From Chrysomallon squamiferum (Eukaryota > Animalia > Mollusca), in contig CM022674.1 in the NCBI GenBank assembly GCA_012295275.1, forward strand, positions 806,001-870,000: 64,000 bases of DNA, read 5' to 3'. The position numbers and the translations under genes are program-made. The notes under the pieces are model-generated. The model did no database searches. It was not told the origin of the DNA and was given only the letters and a program-made list of their open reading frames with translations. Below are positions 23,443 to 63,161 of this stretch, piece by piece. Each line of letters begins with the position of its first letter. Within the stretch, counting starts at the first letter, position 1.

Positions 23443-23606
23443 CAGGGGCGAATCCAGAAAGTTTTAAAGAGGGTGGTTCACCAGTGTTGTAAATGCTATA
23501 CTGTTTATTCAAAATGGATTATACAGAAATACAATGAAAGAAACATGATGGCAGAGAGGTGGGTACATGTAGGAGTTCTTTCTCCCACCCTCTGGACCCG
23601 CCCTTC
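23443..23606. mobile_element. Small MITE-like element
   Basis: Imperfect terminal inverted repeats CAGGGGCGAATCCAG ... CTGGACCCGCCCTT, a common invertebrate MITE terminus pattern. Confidence 0.45.
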
Positions 23607-23785
23607 AGATCTGTGAGGGTAGAAACTTTTCTTTGTGTACGTTTCACGTATTTCGCAATACTTCAAATCAAAAAGCAATTAAAATGTAAAGTTGTTCGGG
23701 CGCGAACTGAAAGCAGGCGGTTTATTATTGTTAGGATATTTCCTACCCAAGAAATATGGCTGTTCCTGTGTCGATATTGAAAAAG

Positions 23786-23819
<34 letters not shown>

Positions 23820-23821
<2 letters not shown>

Positions 23822-24000
23822 AAGAGAAAATCGCGTCGCGAAGGAACGCGCGTGACTGGCCGAGCAATGCCCGAGAGTGACGTCACTTTCTTGTAGACCA
23901 ATAGAAAGTGTGCGATTGAAAGGTCGAACCCGGCCGAATGATGATTCGGAATTAATGACGAAATGTGTCGAACAATGAAAGAGCAATAACACGGGATTTG
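23820..24000. promoter_or_regulatory. CpG-rich promoter-like (or transposon-terminal) segment
   Basis: High CpG density in an AT-rich background, a 12-bp palindrome AGTGACGTCACT (23876-23887) and CCAAT (23898-23902). Confidence 0.35.
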
Positions 24001-25356
24001 TTTGAATTGGTTGAAACCCTTTTCAAAAAGCACTACTTGAAAATGAGCTGAAGAACTTTTTATATTCTTTTTATTTGAATTTTATTTTTTTAAATGTTTA
24101 ACAGTAGCGAATTTCTCTTAGAAAATTCATGATTGAATGACGCCGTCTTGTTTGTTCGCTGCCTGCCGCACAAAAGAACGTTATGTAACCGTGTATTGAC
24201 GGCTACATAAGAAACAGTCGTGGTTCGGGTTTCGTTTTTCCAGTGAGAAGCAAACACGGATTTAACACTGACACTTTACGGGTGTATTTGGCTCGCAAGC
24301 GTTCTACCGAATGAAGGAGTAAATCGGACGAATGCCATCTGAAAAGAAAAGGTAGGAAACTGTAAAAACATATTATCTGTGTGACCGTTCGTCTCTCTGT
24401 CTCTCTCTGTATTACATTCTCTCTCTTTCTTTCTAAACTCTGTCTATTTACATATATATATCTGTTTTCTCGATTTTAGACCATTCTCTCTGTGTCTTTT
24501 CTCTCTCGCTCTTTCCTTTTCTCTGTCTTACTCTTTTTTTTTCGATCTGTTTCTATTTTTCTTTCTCTCTCTCTCTCTCTCTCTCTCTAACACATACGTA
24601 CATACTGACTGGTTTAGTTGAGGTAAGTTTAAGACTTTTCTCTTCTTAATATTTCAGTTAGCTGTCAATCGAAAGCGGGTGGGTACCGGGGTATAATCTG
24701 GTGCTGGTATATTATCGAGTACTCAGATAAATGAAAGTGTAAACATACATAAATAAACACACACACATGCGCACACGCACGCACACACAAGCTCACGCAC
24801 ACATGCACACACACAACACAAGCAGGTAGCGCGCGGAAATACAAAGGATCATTAAAAACGTATTTTTTTGTGAACCTACAACATTATCGACTTACAAGCT
24901 TAATTTTTATTATAAACAATATTAGTAAACTATTAACTTAATAAAATATTTTAGTTGACATACTGTCTTAAAAAGTAACCTAACACCTCACTGAAATAAA
25001 ACAAAATAAAAATAAACAGTAAACCACTTCTAATTCCGACTAGCAGATTTGAACTCTTAACCCGCCTGTCTTTAACCACAGTATCATGAAAGGAGTAAGA
25101 CAGACTACGGTTTAGTTATTTGTGATGTCAAATTATACACGTGACAATGGGCTGGTTGTAAAAAATGCAGACTAACTTGTGTAAAGTGTCCTGTATCAGA
25201 TGAGCTCCATTCACTCATGAATATCATTGCCAGGTTTTATAAGCAGGTAGACTGAAGCAGATACCTGACATACCTGTCTTCGTTCATGTTTTATTTGTTT
25301 ATTTAACTAAGTACGCATTATAGAAGGTATAAAAATATTTGGTTGTTTGATTTATT

Positions 25357-25408
<52 letters not shown>

Positions 25409-25589
25409 AGATATGTAAGAATGTTTTACGTAACATTTGTGTATCTGTGGGTAACCAGGTGTTAAATGCATACGTGCATGTAAGAATGTATGTATTTATA
25501 TACGTATATATATTTATATGTATGTATATGTTTGTGTATATGTATATATCTATATATATCAATGAATGCATGTCTCTATTTGTAGATTA

Positions 25590-25621
<32 letters not shown>

Positions 25622-26364
25622 ACGTACGTACGTACATTTTTAATGAATATTTTAAACATAATCTCGTGATACAGTACAATGACCTAGAGGAAGAATTAAA
25701 AATAACAGTCATCAGACAGTTAGACTGTGTCCAGTCAGCTGCTTACAAATATTTTTGTAGATGTGAGAAACGCAGTAATTGTATATCAGTACAAACACAC
25801 GAACAGATACAGACAGACGGACATACACAAAACATTAAAAAAAAAATGCAACCCGAAAAAGAATCGGAAATAAATGTGGAATAAATACATTACTAGTTCA
25901 TCCATCCAAGCATCCATCTGTCTGTGATTTTATCTATTTTTATTTCCGTATTTATTTTATTATTTATTACGAACATTATTTTATTCTTGTATCAACTGGC
26001 TTTGTCGTTATTTATTTATTTAATTATTTATTTACTTGCTACTTTTATTAAACTTTTTCATTCTCACTGGATTTACTTTTGATTTGATTTTTGGCTGTTC
26101 TTTTTTGTTTTTGTTTTGTTTGATTGTTGATGTTGTTGTTTTTTTTTTGTTGGGGTGTTAATTTGAAAATATACAATATTTTTATATCTTCTTCATCATC
26201 ATTACATTCTTTTCTTCTTCTTCTTCTTCTTCTTCTTCTTCTTCTTCTTCTTCTTCTTCTATCAGTGTCCCTTCACGACAAAAAAACAACCAAAAAACAA
26301 AAAAAACAACAAAAAACCCCGAAAAAAACTGAATCAAGGTTACAAAATATCGAGTATAAATAAA

Positions 26365-26735
26365 CTCGTCAGCAAACGAGGAACGACTTCAGCGACGACG
26401 TCCAAACATCCAGTGTGTATTTTAGTTTTTGCTCCTGAAACCATTTCGCAAACAGGAACGTAATCTCCCGTGTCCAACCGACGCATCATTAGCGCCATAA
26501 ATTAGCACGTCGTTCGCGCAGACGTGAAACCGTGGCGCTGTCACGTGATCAAAAATGGCTGCACGGGGCGAAAGGTTACTCTGTTCTACACAGGCGTCGG
26601 GTGGAAAAGTTGTCTTTTGAAAAGATTCTGCAGTTTAAACGAGGTGCCGGAAACAGTCGTTTTTTTTGTCTCTGTGTTTGTTTATGTCCACTTTTCTTCG
26701 GGCGTCTCTCTCCGCTTCGTCAATAATCGTCTGAT
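26365..26735 (+). promoter_or_regulatory. CpG-rich segment about 300 bp upstream of the copy D start codon
   Basis: E-box GTCACGTGAT (26540-26549) directly followed by YY1-like AAAAATGGCTG (26551-26561). Not seen upstream of the other copies. Confidence 0.4.
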
Positions 26736-27036
26736 TATTTATTTATTTGTTTATTTATTTATTTATTTATTATTTTTAAAAATTTTCCTACATAAATAAG
26801 AACAACATCAACGACGGAAAAAAAAAAAAACGATGACAATGATAATAATGATGATGGTGATGATGATGATGAAATAATGATAGAGAAGATTTTATCAACA
26901 ATTTGTTGAATTTTTTTTATCTAATAGAATTACTATTTATTCTCTACCCATTCAAGCAGTTTGCGGTGAACAACGGGACCAGTTTGAAGAGACAGACTAG
27001 TTGTTATTTTCACACACATTACTCTAGCTAGATCAG

Positions 27037-34626
<7,590 letters not shown>

Positions 34627-34704
34627 AGATTAAAAAATCGAAATAAAATGTGTTTTTTTATTTATGTATGTATGTATGTATGTGTGTGTGTATGTAGCTT
34701 ACGA

Positions 34705-34840
34705 TTTTGAATATTCTCTGTCTTATGTACGTCTTTGTACATAGACGCACTGGCACAGGAGGACAAAGTTCAATCACGATGCCGCTGACGAGACTGGAAC
34801 GTATGACACACATTCGCCCGCACTCCGAAGGCGGACGATG
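34705..34840 (-). mobile_element. Putative tRNA-derived SINE-like dispersed repeat
   Basis: Minus strand has a B-box-like GTTCCAGTCTCG and the core TTGAACTTTGTCCTCCTGTGCCAGTG. The same core occurs at about 22880-22925 (3' flank of C) and, in opposite orientation relative to the gene, in intron 2 (about 17470, 29530, 63915). Confidence 0.4.
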
Positions 34841-35381
34841 TAAGAATTATGACAACTTTAAAAAAAGTTAAATGTATATATGTATGTATGTATGTATATA
34901 TTTATGTATGTATGCATGTTTGTATGTATGTATGTATGTATGTATGTATGTATGTATGTATGTATGTATGTATGTATGTATGTATGTATGTATGTTTGTA
35001 TGTATGTATGTATGTATGTTTGTATGTATGTATGTATGTATGTATGTTTGTATGTATGTATGTATGTATGTATGTATGTATGTATGTATGTATGTATGGG
35101 ACGTGCATGCTTCAAATACAAAAGAAACAGAGCGAGTTTGTGTGTCTGCGATGTACATAGATAGACAGAACGATAAAAGAACGAAGGCTAGGTGCTGCTT
35201 TAGGTAAGGAAGGAGAGAGTGAGAGAGAGACGAAGAGGGAACGTCAGAGAGAGACAGATAGAGAGAAATAGATAGAGACAATCAGAGAATCAAAGAGAAA
35301 CAGAGAGAGATAAAAGAGACAGAGTCAGAGAAAGACAGAAAGAGAGAATCAGAGAGACACAGACAGGGTCAAACAGAAAAC

Positions 35382-35467
<86 letters not shown>

Positions 35468-35581
35468 ATAATTATGTGCATGAAATAGAAACTGGGTTTT
35501 CGTTGAAGCTGTCTATCACATATGTCATTGAACTGTCCAGATTAGGTTGGATGTAAACTGACGATTTCTGATAGAACAGGG

Positions 35582-36211
35582 GATGATATCCGTCACGTTG
35601 ACTACACTGGACAGGTCTCGCTAAGTGTTGATGATATCCGTCACGTTGGCTACACTGGACAGGTCTCGCTAAGTGTTGATGGTATCCGTCACGTTGACTA
35701 CACTGGACAGGTCTCGCTAAGTGTTGATGATATCCGTCACGTTGACTACACTGGACAGGTCTCGCTAAGTGTTGATGATATCCGTCACGTTGACTACACT
35801 GGACAGGTCTCGCTAAGTGTTGATGATATCCGTCACGTTGACTACACTGGACAGGTCTCGCTAAGTGTTGATGATATCCGTCACGTTGACTACACTGGAC
35901 AGGTCTCGCTAAGTGTTGATGATATCCGTCACGTTGACTACACTGGACAGGTCTCGCTAAGTGTTGATGATATCCGTCACGTTGACTACACTGGACAGGT
36001 CTCGCTAAGTGTTGATGATATCCGTCACGTTGACTACACTGGATAGGTCTCGCTAAGTGTTGATGATATCCGTCACGTTGACTACACTGGACAGGTCTCG
36101 CTAAGTGTTGATGATATCCGTCACGTTGACTACACTGGACAGGTCTCGCTAAGTGTTGATGATATCCGTCACGTTGACTACACTGGATAGGTCTCGCTAA
36201 GTGTTGATGAT
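35582..36211. repeat. 48-bp minisatellite, 13 nearly identical units
   Basis: Unit GATGATATCCGTCACGTTGACTACACTGGACAGGTCTCGCTAAGTGTT in direct tandem with no spacers and only a few substitutions. Confidence 0.95.
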
Positions 36212-36514
36212 GTCTGTGGACAGATTAAATGCGGACACTTGTCTGTATTAGTAAAGATCATCTGACAAATATACTCTATCTACGTCATCATCGTAATTGT
36301 TATCTCTGCCAATATTACATTTATAAATTTTCAAGGAAAGGCACTTTGCGTTCAATACTATGTCTTATTTTGATCATGAATACGAGTAGTTATCATGTCA
36401 TATTATAATTTAAGGTCACCTATTGATATATATTACTGAAGCAGTCCAGGATAGCAAATGATGAAACAGTGGTGGATTACAGTGTAGTTTATTTCTCAAA
36501 AGAGTTACATCATT

Positions 36515-36722
36515 TCACAGTGCGACAAAGTGCGAGACGGAATCAGCATATTCTACTCAGGTTTTCTGTTCTGTCGAGAGGAAACATTTGCTGTTGCTTT
36601 ATGTCGAAGTCAAGTTGCTGGTGTTTCCTACGTTTTGGTGCCAACCTTTCACCAGCTCTTAATTGTAAAACTATATTTTCAACAAAGGCCTGCTCTGTCT
36701 TAAACGACGGTAAAACGATATT
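36515..36722 (-). mobile_element. Probable MULE-type transposase C-terminal remnant
   Basis: Translates as NIVLPSFKTEQAFVENIVLQLRAGERLAPKRRKHQQLDFDIKQ and, after a frameshift, VEYADSVSHFVAL*. This resembles the K.EQ...E....QL.AG....PKRRKY..LD..I...EY...VSH tail of invertebrate MULE transposases. It lies between diverged direct repeats at about 36285-36420 and 36932-37100. Confidence 0.5.
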
Positions 36723-37345
36723 CTAAATTGATGGTCAAAGTAAGTTACTGGTTACTGGTGCAATGAGGTTAAACCTTTCATTTATCTTGGAAATCTGTCA
36801 CACTTCGGCAGTAAGAGACACTTGTGTAGGATGAGAGAACACAAACACATACGACACACAAGCACACAAGCATACATACATACATACGTGCGTATGTACT
36901 TACTTTCATATCACAAATATAGTGTGTCTGTGTCATCATTTAGCCATCGTAATTTTTGACTGTTCCAATATTAAATTTATAAATTTTCTACCAGCAAGCA
37001 AAGGCACTTTCCGTTAAATACTGAGAATGGCATAAAATGTCTTATTTGGGTAATTAATACGAGTACAGTTCATATCTGATATTATAATTTATAGTCGACT
37101 TTTGTTGCCATTGTTTCATAGCAAGTTCGGCTATCAGTCGAAAGGGTATAATGCTTTCTAACATCTGTTCATTCTAAGGATTAGTGGATTAGTTCAGTTC
37201 TTAAGTATCGTAAGCTTTACAATTTATTGATATACAATGTCAATAATAATTTTAAAAAACACAAAAACAAAAAACCCACCTTTGAGAATAAAATAATACA
37301 GCATATAAATTATATCTAACTAATCAAAGGTTTTCTACGTTGAAA

Positions 37346-37346
37346 T

Positions 37347-37445
<99 letters not shown>

Positions 37446-37735
37446 AAGAATATAAACTTACTAGCTTTAACACCTTTCCAGCAAGAAGTTACTCCACACT
37501 TTGTGTAGTTTGACATCTTAAGCATAAAATATGATACATAGAAAAAAAATATAGATACACTTTATTATAACTGCAAACAAAAACAAGAATAATAATATAA
37601 TAATAATAACAATAATAATAACAACAACCATAATAATAATAATAATAGTAATAATAATAGTAATAATAATAATAATAATAATTATAATAGTAATAATAAT
37701 AATTATACGATATGTAGACAAATATAGTCACAGAT
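37346..37735 (-). pseudogene. Orphan remnant of exon E6 with flanking intron pieces
   Basis: 37516-37462 aligns to E6 (...SCWKGVKA, donor gtaagt, downstream (GA)n) but is 55 nt instead of 69 (14-nt deletion). No other exons are nearby. Confidence 0.8.
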
Positions 37736-37883
37736 GTCTCTCTCTGTAACTCTCTCTCTATCTGTCTCTCTCTCTCACTCAGTCTCTCTCTCGCTCTCTC
37801 TCTATCTCTCTCTCTCGCGTCTTGTCACTCTTTCTCTGTCTGTGTATGACTGTCTATCGTTTTTGCGCACTTATTCTCTTTCT

Positions 37884-37958
<75 letters not shown>

Positions 37959-38199
37959 GCTAGCTAGCTAGCTAGCTATCTGTCTGCTGTGTGTCAATCT
38001 ATCATACTCCTTCTCTCCATTCATTCTCTAACCCACCATTTCTCGTCCTTTCTTTCATCTTTTTACTATCTACCCACACCGCAGCCACTCAACCTCGCAC
38101 ACACACAAAAGAGGACCAAAGTTTCGTTAGAATCAATTCGTCACGTCTGTCATTTCTTATCCCACTCTTCCACAACGTCCTCCACGATGTCCCCGTGCA

Positions 38200-39000
38200 C
38201 ACATACATACAAACATCATACTCATATATACATGCATACATACATACATCATACATATATATATACATGCAAACATACATACATACATATACATACATAC
38301 ATACATACATCATACATATATACATGCATACATACATACATACATATACATACATACATATACATACATACATACATACATACATGCATACATATACATA
38401 CATACATACATACATCATACATATATACATACATACATGCATATACATACATACATACATATACATACATACATACACACATCATACATATATACATGCA
38501 TACATACATACATACATATACATACATACATATACATACATACATACATACATGCATGCATATATATACATATACATACATACATACATATACATACATA
38601 CATACATACATACATCATACATACATACATACATACATATATACATATTGCATACATACATACATACATACATACATACACATACATACATACATATATC
38701 ATACATATATACATGCATACATACATACATACATATACATGCATACATACATCATACATATATACATGCATACATACATACATACATATACTTACATACA
38801 TATACATACATACATACATACATACATACATGCATACATATACATATACAATACATACATACATACATACATCATACATACACAATACATATATACATAC
38901 ATACATATATACATACATTCATACATACATTCATACATACATACAAACATCATACATATATACATGTACACACACATACATACATCATACATATATACAA

Positions 39001-39031
<31 letters not shown>

Positions 39032-39790
39032 TATACAAACATAAAAAAATGCATACATATATACATATATACATACATAATACATATATACATCATATAT
39101 ACAAAAATACATACATACATACATCATACATACATACATACATATACATACATACATACATACATCATACATATATAATGCATACATACATACATATATA
39201 TACATACATACATAATACATTCATACATATATACATACATACACATACATACATACATACATACGTACATACATACATATATACATACTTACATACCTAC
39301 ATTCATACATACATACATACATACTTACATACATACATATATACATACATACACATACATACATACATCCATACATACATACATACATACATCATACATT
39401 CATACATATAATACATACATACATCATACATATCTATATACATACATACATACACACACATACATACATACATACACACATATATACATACATACATACA
39501 TCAAACATTCATACATACATGCATACATTCATACATACATACATACATAATACATATATACATATATACATACATCATGCATACAAAAATACATACATAC
39601 ACAGAAACATACATACATACATACATTGATACATATATTCATACATACATACATACATCATACATACACACACATATATACATTTATACACAAACATATA
39701 CATAGATATATACATACATACATACATACAAACATCATACATATATACAAACATACATACATATATACATCATAAATACATACATACATC
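38200..39790. repeat. About 1.6-kb complex (CATA)n/(TATG)n microsatellite immediately 3' of copy E
   Basis: Directly visible; source of the HTYI/MYVC ORFs. Confidence 0.95.
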
Positions 39791-39811
39791 ATAATTTCAA
39801 TTTTTTAATCT

Positions 39812-47224
<7,413 letters not shown>

Positions 47225-47408
47225 CTGATCTAGCTAGGGTAATAAAAACTAGTCTGTCTCTTCAAACTGGCCCCGTTCTTCACCGCAAACTGTTTGAATC
47301 GATAGAGAACTAATAGTAATTCTATCAGATTAAACAAAATTAACATCAGATAAACCATTCAACCAACTTTTGAAAAAATATTCTTTTCTTTATTATTATT
47401 ATTATTAT

Positions 47409-47454
<46 letters not shown>

Positions 47455-47554
47455 TCTTGTTCTTCATCATCTTAATCATCATCAACATTGTTATTATTAT
47501 ACTGTTGTTGTTCTTCTTCTTCTTCTTTTTCTTCTTCTTCTTCTTCTTCTTCTT

Positions 47555-47619
<65 letters not shown>

Positions 47620-49545
47620 TACTATTTAAGCTGGTCATTTCTAACTCATAAACATTTCCTTTCCGTTACAGAACAACAGATATTTTTTTTTTTTCGAACC
47701 GAAAACTAATAAACAATTTTACATCAGTTTCATCTATCTGTTTTAAAAGAGAGAAAAATTTCCGATCGTTAAGTGAGGTGTCGTTAAGCGGGAGACTAAT
47801 TTATATAGGATTGAGTTTGAAATCAGTGGTTACATTCTCGCTGATTAAATTTGACATAAAATGAAGTTAAACAAGAAGAAATAAAACACCAATTCAGACG
47901 TAAATGATTTAACAGATTATACATATTAAGTAAACAGTAAATCATTTACAAATCAATTTACACAAACACATTAAGAAATAATTATATGACGGTCATTGTG
48001 GGTTCATCTTTGTGGGTTTTGGTTTCATTTAAGATAATGTATTTTGTTTCTAAAGTTATTGTCTTCCGTTTCTTTTTATAATCAGCATTTGCCGGTATAC
48101 TGTTATTCGTTTTGATATATTGGAAGGGTAAATTAAAAACGAGTTTAAGTCTAAATCGAAGCAGAAGACAAAAGAGAATCAGAATATCAGATGCACGTAT
48201 GACGTGTCCACTGATCAACAGAGCTGAGAGAAGCTCGTGAATGAACGAAAAGCGAACGAAAACGGACTTCAACACATGCATTGTACCCACTTGTACCATT
48301 TATTTCCAACACTTAACTATTAAATTTATTTAATTTTGTAAAAAAAAAAAAATGAACCACTGAACCATAAATTTAGCCTTTCGCCAATAATAATAAATTC
48401 TACCAGATGGGATATCGTAAGCCATTTCAAACAGACACAAATACGCATGTATTCAATAGCACACACATACATACACACACACAAACAAGCACTCACAAAG
48501 CACTAATGAAGAAAAACTGGCATACACTGGAACATTGGGTATAACACAAACATACACAGATGTGTTATAATATTTACATATGTGTGTCTGTACACAGATG
48601 TGTTGGCATGTGTATACGTGTCTGTGTGTGTCTGTATATGTGGATATGTTTATCTATATGTGTATGTGCGTCCGTATCTATATGTCAGTCAGAACAATAA
48701 ATTGTGAAATATCTAATGAATGTTTGTACATATAAAATATTCAATACTTCTAATCATGATTCAATTTCTTTCTAAGTCCATTTAAATTTAAAATCATCAG
48801 TAAAATAAAATCATTAAAAAATATGTGTCAAATTAAAATCTACTCACTAAAATCCAGAAAACTTTAAAAATCTACTTGTAGAACCAAACTATTAGGTAGA
48901 AATCCACTTATTAAAATCCAGAAAATGTTTAAAAAATCTACTTTTGTACACAATATATTAATAATCCATGCCAGATTAAAATCGACTTTTAAAAACAAAC
49001 TATTGAAAATCCAGGTCTGTTTAAAATCTGAATGTTACAGATGTCTGTAACAGGTGTGACAAATATTCAAAAATAGTTTTCAAAACCATTGGTGCATGCA
49101 GAATTTAGCTGCATTTGTCACCGTAGGCGTGTGTGTGTGTGTGTGTGTGTGTTGTCTGTATGTGGGTGTTGTCTGTGTGTGTGTGTGTGTGTGTTGTCTG
49201 AATGCTTGGATTCATTTATGTATATATACACCTATATGTGTACTATGTTGTCTATTATTTAAGATATTGCTAAATTTATTTAATTTATCTCGATAGAAAT
49301 AATTTAAAAATAATAATAATAAATATAAATAAATAAATAAATAAAATCTGCAAAATAAAAAAGTATATTATACTCAGTTATATGATATTCAGTTATTAGT
49401 CACGTTTGTCTTTGTAACTTTGTCTTCTTGACTGTATGAATGCATAAAAGATTCACTCATGCAATAAACAGAAATTCTCAAGTCCTGGTGGATAATAAGC
49501 GTATAACTAATGGGAGGTAATCGATAATATACGAGATACGCAAAT

Positions 49546-49588
49546 CGTGATTTGACGACAGATGTGACGAATATCCCATTACTGCCAT
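49546..49588 (-). pseudogene. Degenerate extra copy of exon E1 upstream of copy E
   Basis: ATGGCAGTAATGGGATATTCGTCACATCTGTCGTCAAATCACG keeps the ATG but has lost the GT donor. The surrounding block 48420-49800 mirrors 14180-15600. Confidence 0.6.
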
Positions 49589-49869
49589 CTCATGTAACTA
49601 GAGTAATGTGTGACAAAGCAAAAACAAGTCTACTGATGTTGTTGTTTTTATTTATGTTCATTGTGAGTATCGGTGTGGTGCACTGAATAAAGATTGTAAA
49701 TATGTTCAAATAAAATTGTCTGTAAATTTCGTCCCTCTGAAGAGGGGGCACCTGTCTTGTAGGGACACCCATCGGGTCGAGAAAAAGAGTCCCTGCATGA
49801 ATGGGAAAATTATTTCTAATGTGCACCATCGTCTGATTGATTTATTTATTTACTTATTTATTTGTCTAT

Positions 49870-49912
<43 letters not shown>

Positions 49913-50478
49913 TTTGTTTGTTTGTTTGTTTATTTAATTATGTACTTTAATTTTATTTTCGATGTAATCATTTTATTTTTATTCCCTTTGTTTTTTTTTA
50001 TTATTATTTTTTTTTTTTTCAAGCTAATCGTAAGTAAATATTTTCAACTAATCAAAAGTAAATAAAGTAAATAAATAAATAAACAAACAAACAAACAAAT
50101 AAATAAATAAATAATAAGAATCATCATCATGTTTATCGTAAATGTAATCAAAGTCATAATACTCATAATCATAATCATAATAAAAACAATGAAGAATTTG
50201 CCATTCAAAATTACGTTTTAATCCAAGTTATAGAATATTAACAGGAAATAAAATACTTACGTTATAAAACTTCTGTTTTTAGATTCCTCGACACATTCGA
50301 TCATTTAGGTTTCCTCTGATACCTGTGTTTCACAATCTTTGTTCTGTTGGTTTCCTTTTTTTTTTTTCATTTCAGTTTTATCTTGATTTTGAATTTACAA
50401 GAGTCACAGATGGCAGACAATAATGACAAACAAAAATATCGATTTCGTGTAATTTTCATGCGACTGAACCTTAAAGAA

Positions 50479-50516
<38 letters not shown>

Positions 50517-50680
50517 TATTATTTTTTTTTTTTTGTGGGTTGTATTACAAATGTTCGTGTGATACTGGCCGTTTTCATCCGCCTGAATTTGACTGTTACT
50601 ATGGTGTGAAATACTATTTTTATTACATCTATTTTTTGCTGGAAATCTGGCACTGACAAGTATGTAGCTTAGGATTTTTA

Positions 50681-50798
<118 letters not shown>

Positions 50799-51045
50799 GT
50801 TTTGTATTTCAAGCATCCACGTTCCATAGATACATACATACATTAAGACATACAAACATATATACATACCTACATACCCACCAATCTGTATTCATGCATA
50901 CAAACAAACATACATACATACATAATACATATACATAATACATACATACATACATAATACATACAAACATATATACATACATACATACATACATACATAC
51001 ACACAAAAATATTAATAAGAACATTTTGTTTCCATTTTTTAATCT

Positions 51046-58181
<7,136 letters not shown>

Positions 58182-58357
58182 CTGGTCTAGCTAGAGTTAT
58201 ATGTGTGACAATAACAACTAGTCTGTCTCTTCAAACTGGTCCCGTTCTTCACCGCAAACTGTTTGAATCGATATAGATCAAATAATAATTCTATTAGATT
58301 AAACAAAATTGACATCAGATAAACCATTGAACCAACTTTTGATAAAATATTCTTTTC

Positions 58358-58395
<38 letters not shown>

Positions 58396-59236
58396 TTCAT
58401 TTTTGATACTATACTTATTGATGTATGTTGTGAGTACCTATGTGGTGAATGTGAACAGAGATTGTAAATATGTTAAAATAATATTTGTGTAAATCTTGTC
58501 TCTCTGGTGAAGGGTTATCTGCTTCCCACGAAGCAAGCCGTTCGTCATTTCTGAGTGCATCTAGTTTTGGCTGGAAATCTGGCACTGAAAAGTATGTAGT
58601 TTAGAAATTTTAACCCTGTCTGTTTCTCTCTGATTCTCTCTCTCTGTCTGTCTCTCAGACTCTCTCTGTATCTCTCTGTTTTTCTCTGAGTCTGTCTCTT
58701 TACCTCTATCTCTGTCTGTTTCTCTTTGATTCTCTATCCATTTCTAAATATCTGTCTCTCTCTCTCTATCTCCCTGTCTGTCTGTCTCTCTGTATCTCTG
58801 TCTTTCTGTCTGTCTCTCTGTGGTTTTTTCTCTTCCTTTCTTACTTACTGTACAACCTAACCTTCTTCCTTGTATCCTTCTTTCTATCTATGTACACCGT
58901 AGACACCCAAACTCGCTCTGTATCTTTTGTATTTCAAGCATCCACGTCCCATACATACATACATACATAATAGATAATACATACATACATACATACATAT
59001 ATACATACATACATAAATACACACATACATACATATATACATACATTAAGACATACAAACATATATACATACCTACATACCCACCAACCTATATACATGC
59101 ATACATACTTACATACATACATACATACATAATAGATAATACATACATACATACATAATACATATTAATAAAAACATTTTGATTTCCATGTTTTTAATCT
59201 TTAAAATTAGGCTCATCCTTCAAATTTGTTTTATGT

Positions 59237-63161
<3,925 letters not shown>

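Noticed and set aside
25030-25090. Possible tRNA gene (minus-strand TGTGGTTAA...GAGTTCAAATC)
   Set aside because: Only box-like motifs; no cloverleaf could be folded. At most a decayed SINE head.
35582-36211. CRISPR-like array
   Set aside because: Units are contiguous with no unique spacers, there are no cas genes, and the context is eukaryotic. It is a minisatellite.
37989-39497. 300-400 aa His/Thr/Tyr/Ile and Met/Tyr/Val/Cys ORFs
   Set aside because: Translations of (CATA)n microsatellite, open in several frames on both strands
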